Positions 40,719 to 50,110 of a DNA stretch of 64,000 nt are shown here, piece by piece (position 1 is the first letter of the stretch; the number at the start of each line of letters is the position of its first letter). The notes beneath the pieces were generated by a model. It had not been told where the DNA came from, searched no databases, and worked only from the letters and a program-made list of their open reading frames with translations. The stretch is from an uncultured delta proteobacterium. Its GTDB lineage: Bacteria; Myxococcota_A; Polyangia; Fen-1088. The translations under genes and the position numbers were made by a program. The stretch lies in the NCBI GenBank assembly GCA_963767925.1, contig CAVYGB010000010.1, positions 736,001 through 800,000 on the forward strand, given 5' to 3'.

Positions 40719-42170
40719 ATGGCCCACCGCGCCCGACCGCTCCGCGCGCTCGCGCTGACCGCGCTGGCGATCGCGATCCCGGCCTGTGGCCCGCACGAGC
40801 TGGTGGACGCCGCCGGATCCAGCGGCGGTAGCGCGACCGACGGCGCCGGGGGGCCGCCCCCGCCCGGGTTCGACGTCGGCCCGCTGCCCGACGGCGGCAG
40901 CAGCGCCCAGCCGGGCGCCCCCACCCGCCCCCCTACCAGCGGCGAGATGTGTGTCGACGAGGCGATCCGGAGCGAGCTGGTGCCGCTCGACCTGCTGCTG
41001 GTGATGGACGCCTCCGGCTCGATGAACCTCATGGTGGGCAACCGGAGCCGCTGGCAGCTCGTCACCGAGGCACTCTCGAACTTCATGCGCGATCCGCGCT
41101 CGATGGGGCTGGGGGTGGGCTTCCAGACCTTCCCCTTCACCATCCACGAGAAGGCCTGCACCAGCAACGCCGACTGCGGGGGCTCCGACAGCGCGACCGG
41201 CCGGGAGTGTGCACGCCCCTCGCTCTGCATCGGGCCGGGCGTGTTGCCCGCCACCGCCCGCACCTGCGATCCCAACGACGCCTATTGTCCGGACGCCGGC
41301 ACCCGCTGCGTCCCCTCGGGCCGCTGCTCGGCCAGCAGCATGCGCTGTGTGAACCTGGGCGAGATCTGCCCGGGGGCCGGACCGAACGACATCTGCGACG
41401 ATCCCCCCCTGGTGTGCAAGTTGCCGATCGATAGCTGCCTGGCTGCCGACTACCAGCGGCCGCGGGTCCCCATCGGCATCCTCCCGGCGGCGATGCCGGC
41501 AGTGACCCAGGGACTGAGCGCGGTTCGCCCGGCCGGCAACACCCCCATCGCCGCCGCCTTCGCCGGGGCCACCGAATATCTGCAGCGCCACCTCGCCGAC
41601 CACCCCGATCGGCGGGCCGCCCTCGTACTGGCGACCGACGCCTCGCCGAGCGGCTGTCAGAGCGACGACATCGAGACGGTGGCCGCGGTCGTGGCGGCCG
41701 CCCGGGCCGGCCAGCCGGCCATCTCGACCTACGTGATCGGGGCGGTCAGCCCGGGCGACGCCATCCGGGGCAGCGCGGCCACCCTCCTGGCCCAGGCCGG
41801 CGGCACCATCCAGCCCTTCATCCTCAACGATTCGGCCGCCGACCTCGGCAATCGGTTCCTCGAGGCGCTCAACGCCATCCGGGGCAGCGCCCTGCCCTGC
41901 GAGCTGCGCATCCCCCGGCCCAGCACCGGCACGATCGACTTCAACAAGGTCAACGTCCGCTTCACCGGCCTGGCCGGACTCGAGGACCTGCTCTACGTGG
42001 CCGACGCCAACCGCTGCGACCCGGCCACCGGCGGCTGGTATTACGACGTCGACCCGGCCAGCGCGACGCCGAGCACGGTGCGCGTCTGCGAGGCCACCTG
42101 CCGGCGCTTCGCCAGCGAGGGGGGCGGCACCATCGAGCTGCGCTTCGGCTGCCGCACCCGCATCGAGTGA
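40719..42170 (+). CDS. vWA-domain lipoprotein with Cys-rich insertion
   Basis: Lipobox IPAC, MIDAS elements DASGSM / NTP / LATD, a Cys-rich insert, and a C-terminal GGWYYD...CEATC...FGC domain typical of myxobacterial vWA lipoproteins. Confidence 0.88.
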   Translation: MAHRARPLRALALTALAIAIPACGPHELVDAAGSSGGSATDGAGGPPPPGFDVGPLPDGGSSAQPGAPTRPPTSGEMCVDEAIRSELVPLDLLLVMDASGSMNLMVGNRSRWQLVTEALSNFMRDPRSMGLGVGFQTFPFTIHEKACTSNADCGGSDSATGRECARPSLCIGPGVLPATARTCDPNDAYCPDAGTRCVPSGRCSASSMRCVNLGEICPGAGPNDICDDPPLVCKLPIDSCLAADYQRPRVPIGILPAAMPAVTQGLSAVRPAGNTPIAAAFAGATEYLQRHLADHPDRRAALVLATDASPSGCQSDDIETVAAVVAAARAGQPAISTYVIGAVSPGDAIRGSAATLLAQAGGTIQPFILNDSAADLGNRFLEALNAIRGSALPCELRIPRPSTGTIDFNKVNVRFTGLAGLEDLLYVADANRCDPATGGWYYDVDPASATPSTVRVCEATCRRFASEGGGTIELRFGCRTRIE

Positions 42171-42183
42171 CCGCGATCTCCCG

Positions 42184-44136
42184 TCAGTAGTCGGTCTCGA
42201 TCTCGCCGGCGTAGTAGCCGTGCATGAGCCCGGCGAGGTCGGTCTTGCCGGCGGTGCCGAGGCTGCGCAGGGCCCGGGCGAACTCGGCGGCGCTCTGAAA
42301 ACGCTCGGCGGGATCGAGGGCCAGCGCCTTGCCCAGGATGGTGCCGGCCTGGGGAGGCAGATCGGCGAGCTGGCGGAACTGCTCGGTCACCGGACCGACC
42401 GCCGCGCGCACGAGCTGGTTGATGGTGCTCTCCCCGCTGTAGAGCGTCCGGCCGGTGAGGCAATAGAACATCACCATGCCCGCCGAGAACAGGTCCGAGC
42501 GGTGGTCCACCGACTCGCCCCGGGCCTGCTCGGGCGACATGAAGCTGACGTTGCCCTTGACCACCCGCTCGTCGGTCTTGCTCACCCGGCCGGCGGCCTT
42601 CACGATGCCGAAGTCGCTGAGCTTGACGTCGCCGAGGTACGAGAGGAGCACGTTGGCCGGCGAGACGTCGCGGTGGACGATCGACAGCACCTCGCCGGCG
42701 GGGCCGGCCCGGTTGTGGGCGTAGGCCAGCGCCTCCAGCACCTCGTGCAGCACGAAGAACACCAGGGGGGCGGGCAGCCCGTGGCCGGTGGCCTGCAGGT
42801 GGCGCTGGGTGAGCTTCTCCAGGTCGCGGCCGTGCACGTATTCCAGGGCCAGGAAGTACTCCTCGCCGGTGCGGCCGAAGTCGAACACCGGGACGATGTT
42901 CGAGTGCAGCAGGCGGGCCTGCAGCCGGGCCTCGTCGATGAACTGGGACACCACCTCCTTGCGCGCGGCCAGGTGGGGGTGCAGCCGCTTGACCACGAAG
43001 TGGCGCTTGAACCCCTCGGGCCCGTGGGCCTCGGCGATGTAGACCTCGGCCATGCCGCCCTCGCCGATCGGCTTGAGCAGGCGGTAGCGGCCCATCTCGG
43101 TGGGCGTGGTGGGGGGCAAGACCGCGACCGCCAGGGCCGGGGTGTGGGGCGAGCGGGCTTCGCCGCCGGTCGGTGCGGGCGCGGGCCTCGATGCGGGAGC
43201 CGGCGCCGCTGGCGAGGCGGGCATGCCGACCAGGGTGGGGAGGTGGTGGATGGCCAGCGCGTCGGGCTCGGGCGGCGCGGCCGGCGTCCGCCGGGCGGCG
43301 ATGACCATCACCAGGCCGCCGGCGGCCAGGAAGGCCGCCAGCACCAGGAGGACGCCGGTGGCGGGGGGAACCCCACCGGGGGCGCCGGCGAAGGTCTGCC
43401 AGAGCCACAACCCGGGCGCCGCCGGGACGGCCGCCGCCCAGGTCCCGCCCGACAGGGGCCGCAGCCCCTGCCCCTCCTGGCCGGCCAGGGCGGCGAGCCC
43501 GCCGCGCAGGGAGGCGGGCCCGGCGGTGGCCAGCAGCCGCCGCCCGTTCGAGAGCGCCAGCGCGCCGCCGGCGCCCGGCGCGAGCCGCTCGAGCAGCCCG
43601 TCGCCGGCCGGCTCGCCCAGCAGCAGCACGGGGCGGTCGGCGGTGATCCGGCTGGCGTGATCGATGGCCGCCGCTGCCACCAGGTAGGCCCCCTCCCCGG
43701 CCGGGACCAGCCCGCTCGCCGCGCCGCTGAGCCGGGCCTTCTCGAACAGCGGTGGCAGGGCCGGCGGCTGGGCCGGGGGGCCGCTGCGGGCGAGCGTCCG
43801 CTCGCCCGAGAAGACGATCTGCAGGGGGAAGGTCCGGCGCACGCTGGCCCACGACTCCTCGTCGTCGATCAGATCCTGCAACGTCTTGTCGTCGACCTGG
43901 GCGTCGAGGGCGGCAACCAGCTCGGGGAGCTGGGCCGCCTCCACGACGCGCGGCTCGAGGGTGCGCGCCGCCGCCGCCAGCGCCTGCTGCGACCGGACCC
44001 GGACCTGCCGGGCGGTGGCCTCCAGAGCAGTGGCGTCGGGCCCGGCAGCCAGCAGCCAGCCGAGCCCGGCGCCGGCCGCGGCCAGGCCAGCCACCAGCAA
44101 CGCCAGGCCCAGCCGGGGCCGCCCCCCGTCATTCAT
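42184..44136 (-). CDS. membrane receptor-type Ser/Thr protein kinase
   Basis: TM, a ~230-aa extracytoplasmic region and a second TM, then IGEGGMAEVY, VVKR, HRDVSPANVLL, DFG, MSPEQ, SDLFS. Confidence 0.93.
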   Translation of the reverse strand: MNDGGRPRLGLALLVAGLAAAGAGLGWLLAAGPDATALEATARQVRVRSQQALAAAARTLEPRVVEAAQLPELVAALDAQVDDKTLQDLIDDEESWASVRRTFPLQIVFSGERTLARSGPPAQPPALPPLFEKARLSGAASGLVPAGEGAYLVAAAAIDHASRITADRPVLLLGEPAGDGLLERLAPGAGGALALSNGRRLLATAGPASLRGGLAALAGQEGQGLRPLSGGTWAAAVPAAPGLWLWQTFAGAPGGVPPATGVLLVLAAFLAAGGLVMVIAARRTPAAPPEPDALAIHHLPTLVGMPASPAAPAPASRPAPAPTGGEARSPHTPALAVAVLPPTTPTEMGRYRLLKPIGEGGMAEVYIAEAHGPEGFKRHFVVKRLHPHLAARKEVVSQFIDEARLQARLLHSNIVPVFDFGRTGEEYFLALEYVHGRDLEKLTQRHLQATGHGLPAPLVFFVLHEVLEALAYAHNRAGPAGEVLSIVHRDVSPANVLLSYLGDVKLSDFGIVKAAGRVSKTDERVVKGNVSFMSPEQARGESVDHRSDLFSAGMVMFYCLTGRTLYSGESTINQLVRAAVGPVTEQFRQLADLPPQAGTILGKALALDPAERFQSAAEFARALRSLGTAGKTDLAGLMHGYYAGEIETDY

Positions 44137-45052
44137 AGGAGGGGTAGGCCCTTCCCTGCTTGTTGAGGTGCACGCCCGGCCGGGCCGCCACCTCGGCGGC
44201 GAAGCGGACCGAGACGCCGGTCTTCACCTCCACCGTCTGGGCGGCCGGCTTGAGCCGGGGTCCCCACAACACGAGCCGGCGGCTGCCCACCGGCACGTTG
44301 GCCAGCACGAAGCTGCCGTCCGGTCGCACGCGGGTGTAGTGCCCGTTGGGGACGACCAGGATGTCGGCCCGCATCTTCGAGTGGATGTTGCAGAAGATCT
44401 CCACGTGCCCGGGGGACAGCAGGGTCACCGGCGACGGGCTCTCGCCCCCCTTGACCGTGCCGAGGTCGAACACCGAGCCCGGGGTGCGGGAAAAGACGTT
44501 GTGAAAGACGGTGTCGCCGTTCGGGAAGGTGACCCGCGAGCCGACCGGGAGCACGGTGACCGCCGGGGTGAACTGCTTGCCCTCCTGCCGGATCTCGACA
44601 ACCCGGGGCCGGGCCGACCCCCGCCCCTCGACGTAGACGTAGGCCTCCTCGCCGGGGCCCGGGAGCTGCACCCGGCCCGAGACCATGGCCACCGTGGCGC
44701 TGGCCGCCCCGGCCACCGCGGGGGGCTGCAGCGCGGCCGGTGGGGCGACGGCCGCGCCCGCGGGGGGGGCAGGCAAGGGGAGGCTCGCCGCGGCGGGCGC
44801 GCCGGGCAAGGCGCGGATGAGCTGCAGGACCATGTCGTAGCGCTGCTGGTCGGCCTGCATGAGCTGCAAGATGAGCTGCTTCTGCTCGCGCAGCTCCTTC
44901 TCCAGGCGGGCCACGTCGGCCCGGAGCTGGGCCACCTCGCCGGCCGCCGGGCTCTGGGCCGCCGCCCGCGCCGGGACGAGCGCCACAACCGTCAGGCCGA
45001 GCGCGGCCGCGACCACCCAGGAGACCGGAGCCTTGCAAAATCGCGTTGTCAT
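44129..45052 (-). CDS. secreted coiled-coil plus cupredoxin-like copper protein with carboxypeptidase-regulatory-like flanks
   Basis: Signal peptide, coiled coil, VTFPNGD..FHNVFS and FCNIHSKM (His/Cys/His/Met type-1 Cu ligands). Confidence 0.85.
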   Translation of the reverse strand: MTTRFCKAPVSWVVAAALGLTVVALVPARAAAQSPAAGEVAQLRADVARLEKELREQKQLILQLMQADQQRYDMVLQLIRALPGAPAAASLPLPAPPAGAAVAPPAALQPPAVAGAASATVAMVSGRVQLPGPGEEAYVYVEGRGSARPRVVEIRQEGKQFTPAVTVLPVGSRVTFPNGDTVFHNVFSRTPGSVFDLGTVKGGESPSPVTLLSPGHVEIFCNIHSKMRADILVVPNGHYTRVRPDGSFVLANVPVGSRRLVLWGPRLKPAAQTVEVKTGVSVRFAAEVAARPGVHLNKQGRAYPSYE

Positions 45053-45067
45053 CGTCGCCCTGCCTTG

Positions 45068-46430
45068 TCAGTAGGACAGCACGAGGCTGCTCGTGAAGAC
45101 GTCGTTCCGGATGCCGGGGACGCCGCCGTATTCGCCGTTGCGCAGGTATTCGGCGCGCAGGCTGGCCCGCGCGCTCCAGACCCAGCGGGCGCCGAGGGTG
45201 GCCCGCCAGGACCTGGTGAGATAGGCCCGCTCGCTGCCCAGCCACACGAAGGCGTGCCGGTATTCGATGCGCCCGAGGGCGCCGAAGGAGGGGCTGAACA
45301 TGTAGTCGGCCTCGAGGTAGCCGCCGCCGTGCAGATCGAGGCCGTAGGCCCCGCTGGTCTCGTCGCCGGGCGCGCCCCCGGTCAGCCACTGGGCCTTGAG
45401 GTCGAGGGCGCCGAGGTGGCCGATCAGGTCGGGCCCGAAGAACCAGAGGGCCTCGCCGCTGGCCAGGGCCCTGTCCTGGGCGCCCCAGCTCCCCGACAGG
45501 CCCAGCTCCAGCTCCAGCCAGGCCGGCAGGGGCAGGCGCGCCGAGAGCCGCCCGCTGAGGGTCTTGCCCGCGTTGCGGTCGATCTCGTCGTAGAAGTGAA
45601 ACGACTCGATGGTGTTCGACCCGTTGGTGAGGGCGGCCGCCACGACCAGCCAGTCGTCGACCCCCAGCTTGCTGCGCACCTTGAGCCCGAGGGCGGTGCC
45701 GGTCGTGTAGCGGGCCAGCAGCGAGGGGGTGATGCCGAAGCGGCGGGCCGACTTGCGATCGCGGTATTCGATCCCCAGCACCGAGTCGGTCTTGCCGGCG
45801 AAGATCGAGGTCCGCTGGGCGTCCCCCGGCAGCCACTCGACCTGGGCCAGATCGACGTCGAAGACGTCGCCGAGGCGGAAGTCGTTGCCCGTGCGGGGCA
45901 CGAGGTTGAAGCTCACCGTGACGAGGGCGCTGGGGGACAGCGCCGAGTGGACGGCGAAGTTGGCCTCGTTGAGGATGAACCCGGGCGCGCCCCGGGAGTC
46001 GACCGAGTCGAACCGGTCGACCCCGACGGCGTCGCCCAGGTCGGCGGGCTCGCCCCGGGCGTTGACCGCCGGGGCCAGGATGTCGCCGAGGAAGACCCAG
46101 CCGTAGCGGCCGGCGTACTCCGGGAAGCGGGCGTGCCCGAAGTCCTGGGTGTAGCCGGCGCCGTTGCCCGAGGGGATGAAGAAGCCCACGTCGAGGTAGC
46201 CGCTCCAGGTGAGGGCGGAGCTGTTGCCGAGGACGAGGCTCTCGGTCTGGCGCAGCCGCTCGTTCATCTCCTCGAGGGTGGGGCCGGGGGCGGGCTCGAC
46301 CGGCTGGGCCCGGGCCGGGGCCGGCCAAAGGGCGAGGGCGAAGGCGACAGCGAAGACGGCCGCCGCCGGGCGGGGGCGGCAGCGCGCCGGACGCGCAGGT
46401 AGCAGAGATCGACAGCCGGGTCGCGCTCAT
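45068..46430 (-). CDS. putative outer-membrane beta-barrel/porin (start region frameshifted or non-canonical)
   Basis: Alternating aromatic beta-strands and C-terminal SLVLSY; a signal peptide AAVFAVAFALALWPAPARA lies in frame upstream of Met 46267, but the ATG at 46430 is off by one. Confidence 0.75.
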
Positions 46431-47941
46431 GGGTTGGCCGGCCTCCCGTGCAGCTCGGGCCGACCGGGCACCCCGGTCAGCGTCAGGAGGAAGGCGATGA
46501 GGTCGCTGCGGTCGCGCGCCGACAGCAGCAGCGGGTGCAGCTCGGGGCTCTTGCGGCCGCTCGCCTCGCTGGTGCCGCCCTGGTCGTAGTGCCACAGCAC
46601 CTCGTCGAGGGTGCGGTACACCCCGTCGTGCATGTAGGGCGCGGTCAGGGCCACGTCGCGCAGGCTGGGGGTGCGCCAGGCCCCGCGGGTGCTGGCGTCG
46701 GGCGCCTCGGCCGCCCGGTAGAAGGCGCCGTGGCTGGCCGCGCCGGCGGCCGGATCGTCGGAGTGCTCGCCGTCGCGGCGGAAGCCCGCGCCGCGCAGCT
46801 TGAGGAGGCCGAAGTGATAGCCCCAGGGCAGGCAGGTCTCGCCCACCAGGCCTTCGCTGCCGGTCTCGGAGACGCAGTCGCAGCGAGGGTTGCCCCGGGG
46901 GCAGTCGGCCTCGGTGGGGACGCCGGCCCCCCGCTGGGGCACGCCGATGTTGTGAAAGCGCCCGTCCGACAGCAGCGGCGTGTTGTGGCAGTCGATGCAG
47001 GCCGCTCGCCCCACGAACAGCCGCAGCCCCCGGAGGGCGGCCGGGGAGATGGCTTCTTCCTCCCCGTTGACGTAACGGTCGAAGGGGGCGTCCCCGCTGG
47101 TCAGCTCCCACTCGTAGGCGGCGATGGCCTTGGCGATGTTGGCGAAGGCCCGGTTGACGCCCAGGCGGGTGGCCCCGTCGAGGCAGTCGAAGGCATCGCC
47201 GAACGGCTCGCCGGGATCGCCGGGCTGACAGCCGGCCAGCTCGCCCGGGCGGCCGTTGGCGGGCAACGCCGCCAGCATCGGGACGGTTGTGCTGGCCGGC
47301 TCGCCGAAGACCTGGCGGTACTCCGCGCCGTAGCGCTCGGCCACCGCGCGCACGATGGCCAGCCGGTTGCCGTTCATCGACACCGGGCTCTCGAGCACGG
47401 CGGCGGCCTGCGACCAGAGCGAGTCGCTGCGCCCGTTCCAGTACAGCAGCGGGTAGTGAGCGGCGTTGAGGGTCTGCTGCCCGTTGACGTCGTACCAGCC
47501 CGCCCCCTCGGAGATGTGCCCGGGGGTGGAGGTGAAGTCGCCGCCGGCCCGCCCGGGGTCGTGGCAGGTCGCGCAGGAGATTGTCATGCGCACCCCCCGG
47601 GGCTCGCGCGCGCTGCTGGTGCTGCGCCCGAGGAGATCCTCCCAGCTCGCCTCGCCGGCGAAGGCCTCGGAGTAGTAGAAGCGCCGGCCGAGCCCGATGG
47701 CGGCCTCGTCGCGGAGGAGGCGGTTGGACCGATCGAGGGGGGCCTCGCCAAGGTTGGCGAGGGCGGCGACCCGCTGCCACTCGTCGCGCGAGAAGTCGCA
47801 GCCCCGGTCACCGCAGGCCAGGGCGTCGGCCATCGGCCCGCAGCCCAGCAGCGGAAGCAGGGCGGCGGCGCCCAGCAAGAGGAGCAGCCCCCGCCCGCGG
47901 ATCGAAGCCCCTGCGCGCACGGACGCCTCCCCTGCTCTCAT
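46427..47941 (-). CDS. diheme cytochrome c peroxidase/MauG-family lipoprotein
   Basis: Lipobox LLGC; LGRRFY, SCATCH, YWNGR, ACIDCH, FHNIG, GAWRTPSLRDVALTAPYMHDG, DLIAFL.TLTG. Confidence 0.92.
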   Translation of the reverse strand: MRAGEASVRAGASIRGRGLLLLLGAAALLPLLGCGPMADALACGDRGCDFSRDEWQRVAALANLGEAPLDRSNRLLRDEAAIGLGRRFYYSEAFAGEASWEDLLGRSTSSAREPRGVRMTISCATCHDPGRAGGDFTSTPGHISEGAGWYDVNGQQTLNAAHYPLLYWNGRSDSLWSQAAAVLESPVSMNGNRLAIVRAVAERYGAEYRQVFGEPASTTVPMLAALPANGRPGELAGCQPGDPGEPFGDAFDCLDGATRLGVNRAFANIAKAIAAYEWELTSGDAPFDRYVNGEEEAISPAALRGLRLFVGRAACIDCHNTPLLSDGRFHNIGVPQRGAGVPTEADCPRGNPRCDCVSETGSEGLVGETCLPWGYHFGLLKLRGAGFRRDGEHSDDPAAGAASHGAFYRAAEAPDASTRGAWRTPSLRDVALTAPYMHDGVYRTLDEVLWHYDQGGTSEASGRKSPELHPLLLSARDRSDLIAFLLTLTGVPGRPELHGRPANP

Positions 47942-49779
47942 CACATCGACTCCTGCGAGGCCTGCCGGGGCCGGACCAGGCCGTGTTGCTTGACCTTCTG
48001 CTGGAACGTCCGCAAGGGCATGCCGATCAGCTCCGCCGCCCGGGTCTGCACCCAGCCGGTCTGCTCGAGCGCCTCGAGCATGCGGGCCCGCTCGAGGGCC
48101 CGGATCTCGTCGGCCAGGGCGGCGCGGGGGGCGGCGTAGGCCCGGGTGGCCCGGGCGTTGTCCCCCGGCGCGGCGGGGGGCGGCGCGGGCGCGGGCGGGT
48201 CGGACAGGGGCGCGGCGGCGCCGCCGGCGCCGAGGCGGACCCGCAGGGCGGCCGGCTCGATCACCGCCTCGGCGGTGGTGGCGGCGAGGTATTCGACGAC
48301 GTTCTTCAGCTCGCGCACGTTGCCCGGCCAGGGGTGGGCGGCCAGCAGCGGCAGGCTGGCGCTGGCGAAGGCCTTGGCGGTCATGCCGGGCCCGCGGCAG
48401 GCCGCGGCCAGGAAGGTGCGGGCCAGCACCGCGATCTCGCGGGGGCGGTTGCGCAGCGGCGGCAACACGACGGTGGCGGCGTTGAGGCGGAACAGCAGGT
48501 CGGCCCGGAAGCGCCCGCGCGCGACCTCCTCGGCCAGGTTGCGGTTGGTGGCGGCCACCACCCGCACGTCGAGGTCCCGCTCGCGCGTGCCGCCCACCCG
48601 CAGGGCTCGCTTGCTCTCCAGCACGCGCAGCAGCTTGGGCTGCAGGGTCAGGGGCAGCTCGCCGATCTCGTCGAAGAACAGGGTGCCGCCGGCGGCCGTC
48701 TCCAGCAGGCCCGGCCGGCTGGCCACCGCCCCGGAGAAGGCCCCCTTCTCGCTGCCGAACAGCTCGCTCTCGATCAGGTTCTCCGAGAAGGCGGCGCAGT
48801 TGACCGGCACGAAGGGGCCCCCCTGGCGCGACGACCAGGCGTGCAGGGCGAAGGCGGCGTTCTCCTTGCCCACCCCGGTCTCGCCCTCCACCAGGACGGG
48901 CAGATCGCTGCGCGCCAGCCGGCGGATCAGCTCGACCAGCCCACGCATGGTGGCGTCGGCCACCACCATCGAGCGGTCTCCGATCTCGATGCGGGCGTCG
49001 CCGTCGGGATCGATGCCGGGCGCCTCGGGGCTGGCGCCCCGGGCGGCGGCGCGGGCGGCGGCCAGCAGGGCGTCGGTCTCGCAGGCCGCCACCGGGTAGA
49101 CGGCCAGCCCGGCCCGCGCCGAGGGGACCAGCGCCCGGACCGAATCGAGCAGGCGGCCCAGCAGGGCGGCGCCGGCCGCCTGGTCGACCTCGGGCAACAC
49201 ACCCACCAGCTCGACCGGCGAGAGCCAGCTCGCCTGATCGACGCGGCGGAGCTCGCCGTCGACCCGGGCGCGGATCGCCTCCCGGTCGGCGCCGGCCTCG
49301 ATCAGCAGGCAGAACACCCCCACCGGGCGATCGAACAGCCGGGCCCGCTCGAGCTCGTCCTCCACCCGCCGGTGGAAGGTGCGCGCGTCGACCAGCGGCT
49401 GGCGGCCGGCGGCGGGGGCCAGGTAGAGGATCAGGGCCACCGTGCCGATGGCGATCGTGTCGCCGGCGAACAGCGGCTGCTCCCCCTCGATGCGCGCGCC
49501 GTTGACCAGGGTGCCGTTGCGGCTGCCGAGATCGCGGATGCGCACCTCGCCGTCGGTCACGGTGAGGATGGCGTGCCGGCGCGAGGCGCCGGGCGCGGTG
49601 AGCTGCAGGTCGGACTCCTCGCCTCGTCCGATGAGGAACTCGCCGGCGGCGGGCAGGGCCCGCGGGAAAGAGGAGCTCTCCTCGACGACGACCAGGTGGG
49701 GACAGCCCGGGTTTATCGCGCCGAGCCCGGGGACCGTGCCGAGCATGGAGGGCCGTTCGACGGTGGGACGCATGCTCAT
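47941..49779 (-). CDS. FHA-domain sigma54-dependent enhancer-binding protein
   Basis: FHA (IGR...SRRHA...DLGSRNGT), degenerate GGDEF-like region, GETGVGKE, ESELFG..KGAFSGA, FFDEIGE, WPGNVREL and a Fis-type HTH. Confidence 0.95.
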   Translation of the reverse strand: MSMRPTVERPSMLGTVPGLGAINPGCPHLVVVEESSSFPRALPAAGEFLIGRGEESDLQLTAPGASRRHAILTVTDGEVRIRDLGSRNGTLVNGARIEGEQPLFAGDTIAIGTVALILYLAPAAGRQPLVDARTFHRRVEDELERARLFDRPVGVFCLLIEAGADREAIRARVDGELRRVDQASWLSPVELVGVLPEVDQAAGAALLGRLLDSVRALVPSARAGLAVYPVAACETDALLAAARAAARGASPEAPGIDPDGDARIEIGDRSMVVADATMRGLVELIRRLARSDLPVLVEGETGVGKENAAFALHAWSSRQGGPFVPVNCAAFSENLIESELFGSEKGAFSGAVASRPGLLETAAGGTLFFDEIGELPLTLQPKLLRVLESKRALRVGGTRERDLDVRVVAATNRNLAEEVARGRFRADLLFRLNAATVVLPPLRNRPREIAVLARTFLAAACRGPGMTAKAFASASLPLLAAHPWPGNVRELKNVVEYLAATTAEAVIEPAALRVRLGAGGAAAPLSDPPAPAPPPAAPGDNARATRAYAAPRAALADEIRALERARMLEALEQTGWVQTRAAELIGMPLRTFQQKVKQHGLVRPRQASQESM

Positions 49780-50110
49780 GCCGCCCGCCTCGCGAGACCC
49801 GACCGGCCGCTCCTGTCATCCGTCATCGACAACCCTGGCTCCCTGTAACCCTGACGCTGCTGGACGCCCGTTCTTCCCGGATCCACCGTGCGCTGCGACG
49901 GCGGGGGGCGCGGTCAACGTCGGACCCCGCGCGCATATGTAGGATAAAAACGCATCCTGCGCAACATATTCTCCCGGAGGAAACATTTCGGGAGCGCCGC
50001 CGCGAAGAGGAGGGGGCCCACCGCCAACCTCACGGGCCGCGATGGTCGACGGATACGCTGACGGCCGGGGTGTTCAGACGTGTCGAGCCGGCACCTCCCT
50101 TGTCCACGGG

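Noticed and set aside
44133..47780. Very long alternative-frame and antisense ORFs (1215 aa here; also 6180..9266, 43886..46402, 61457..63916)
   Set aside because: Arg/Pro/Gly-rich shadow ORFs expected at this GC content, overlapping well-supported genes.
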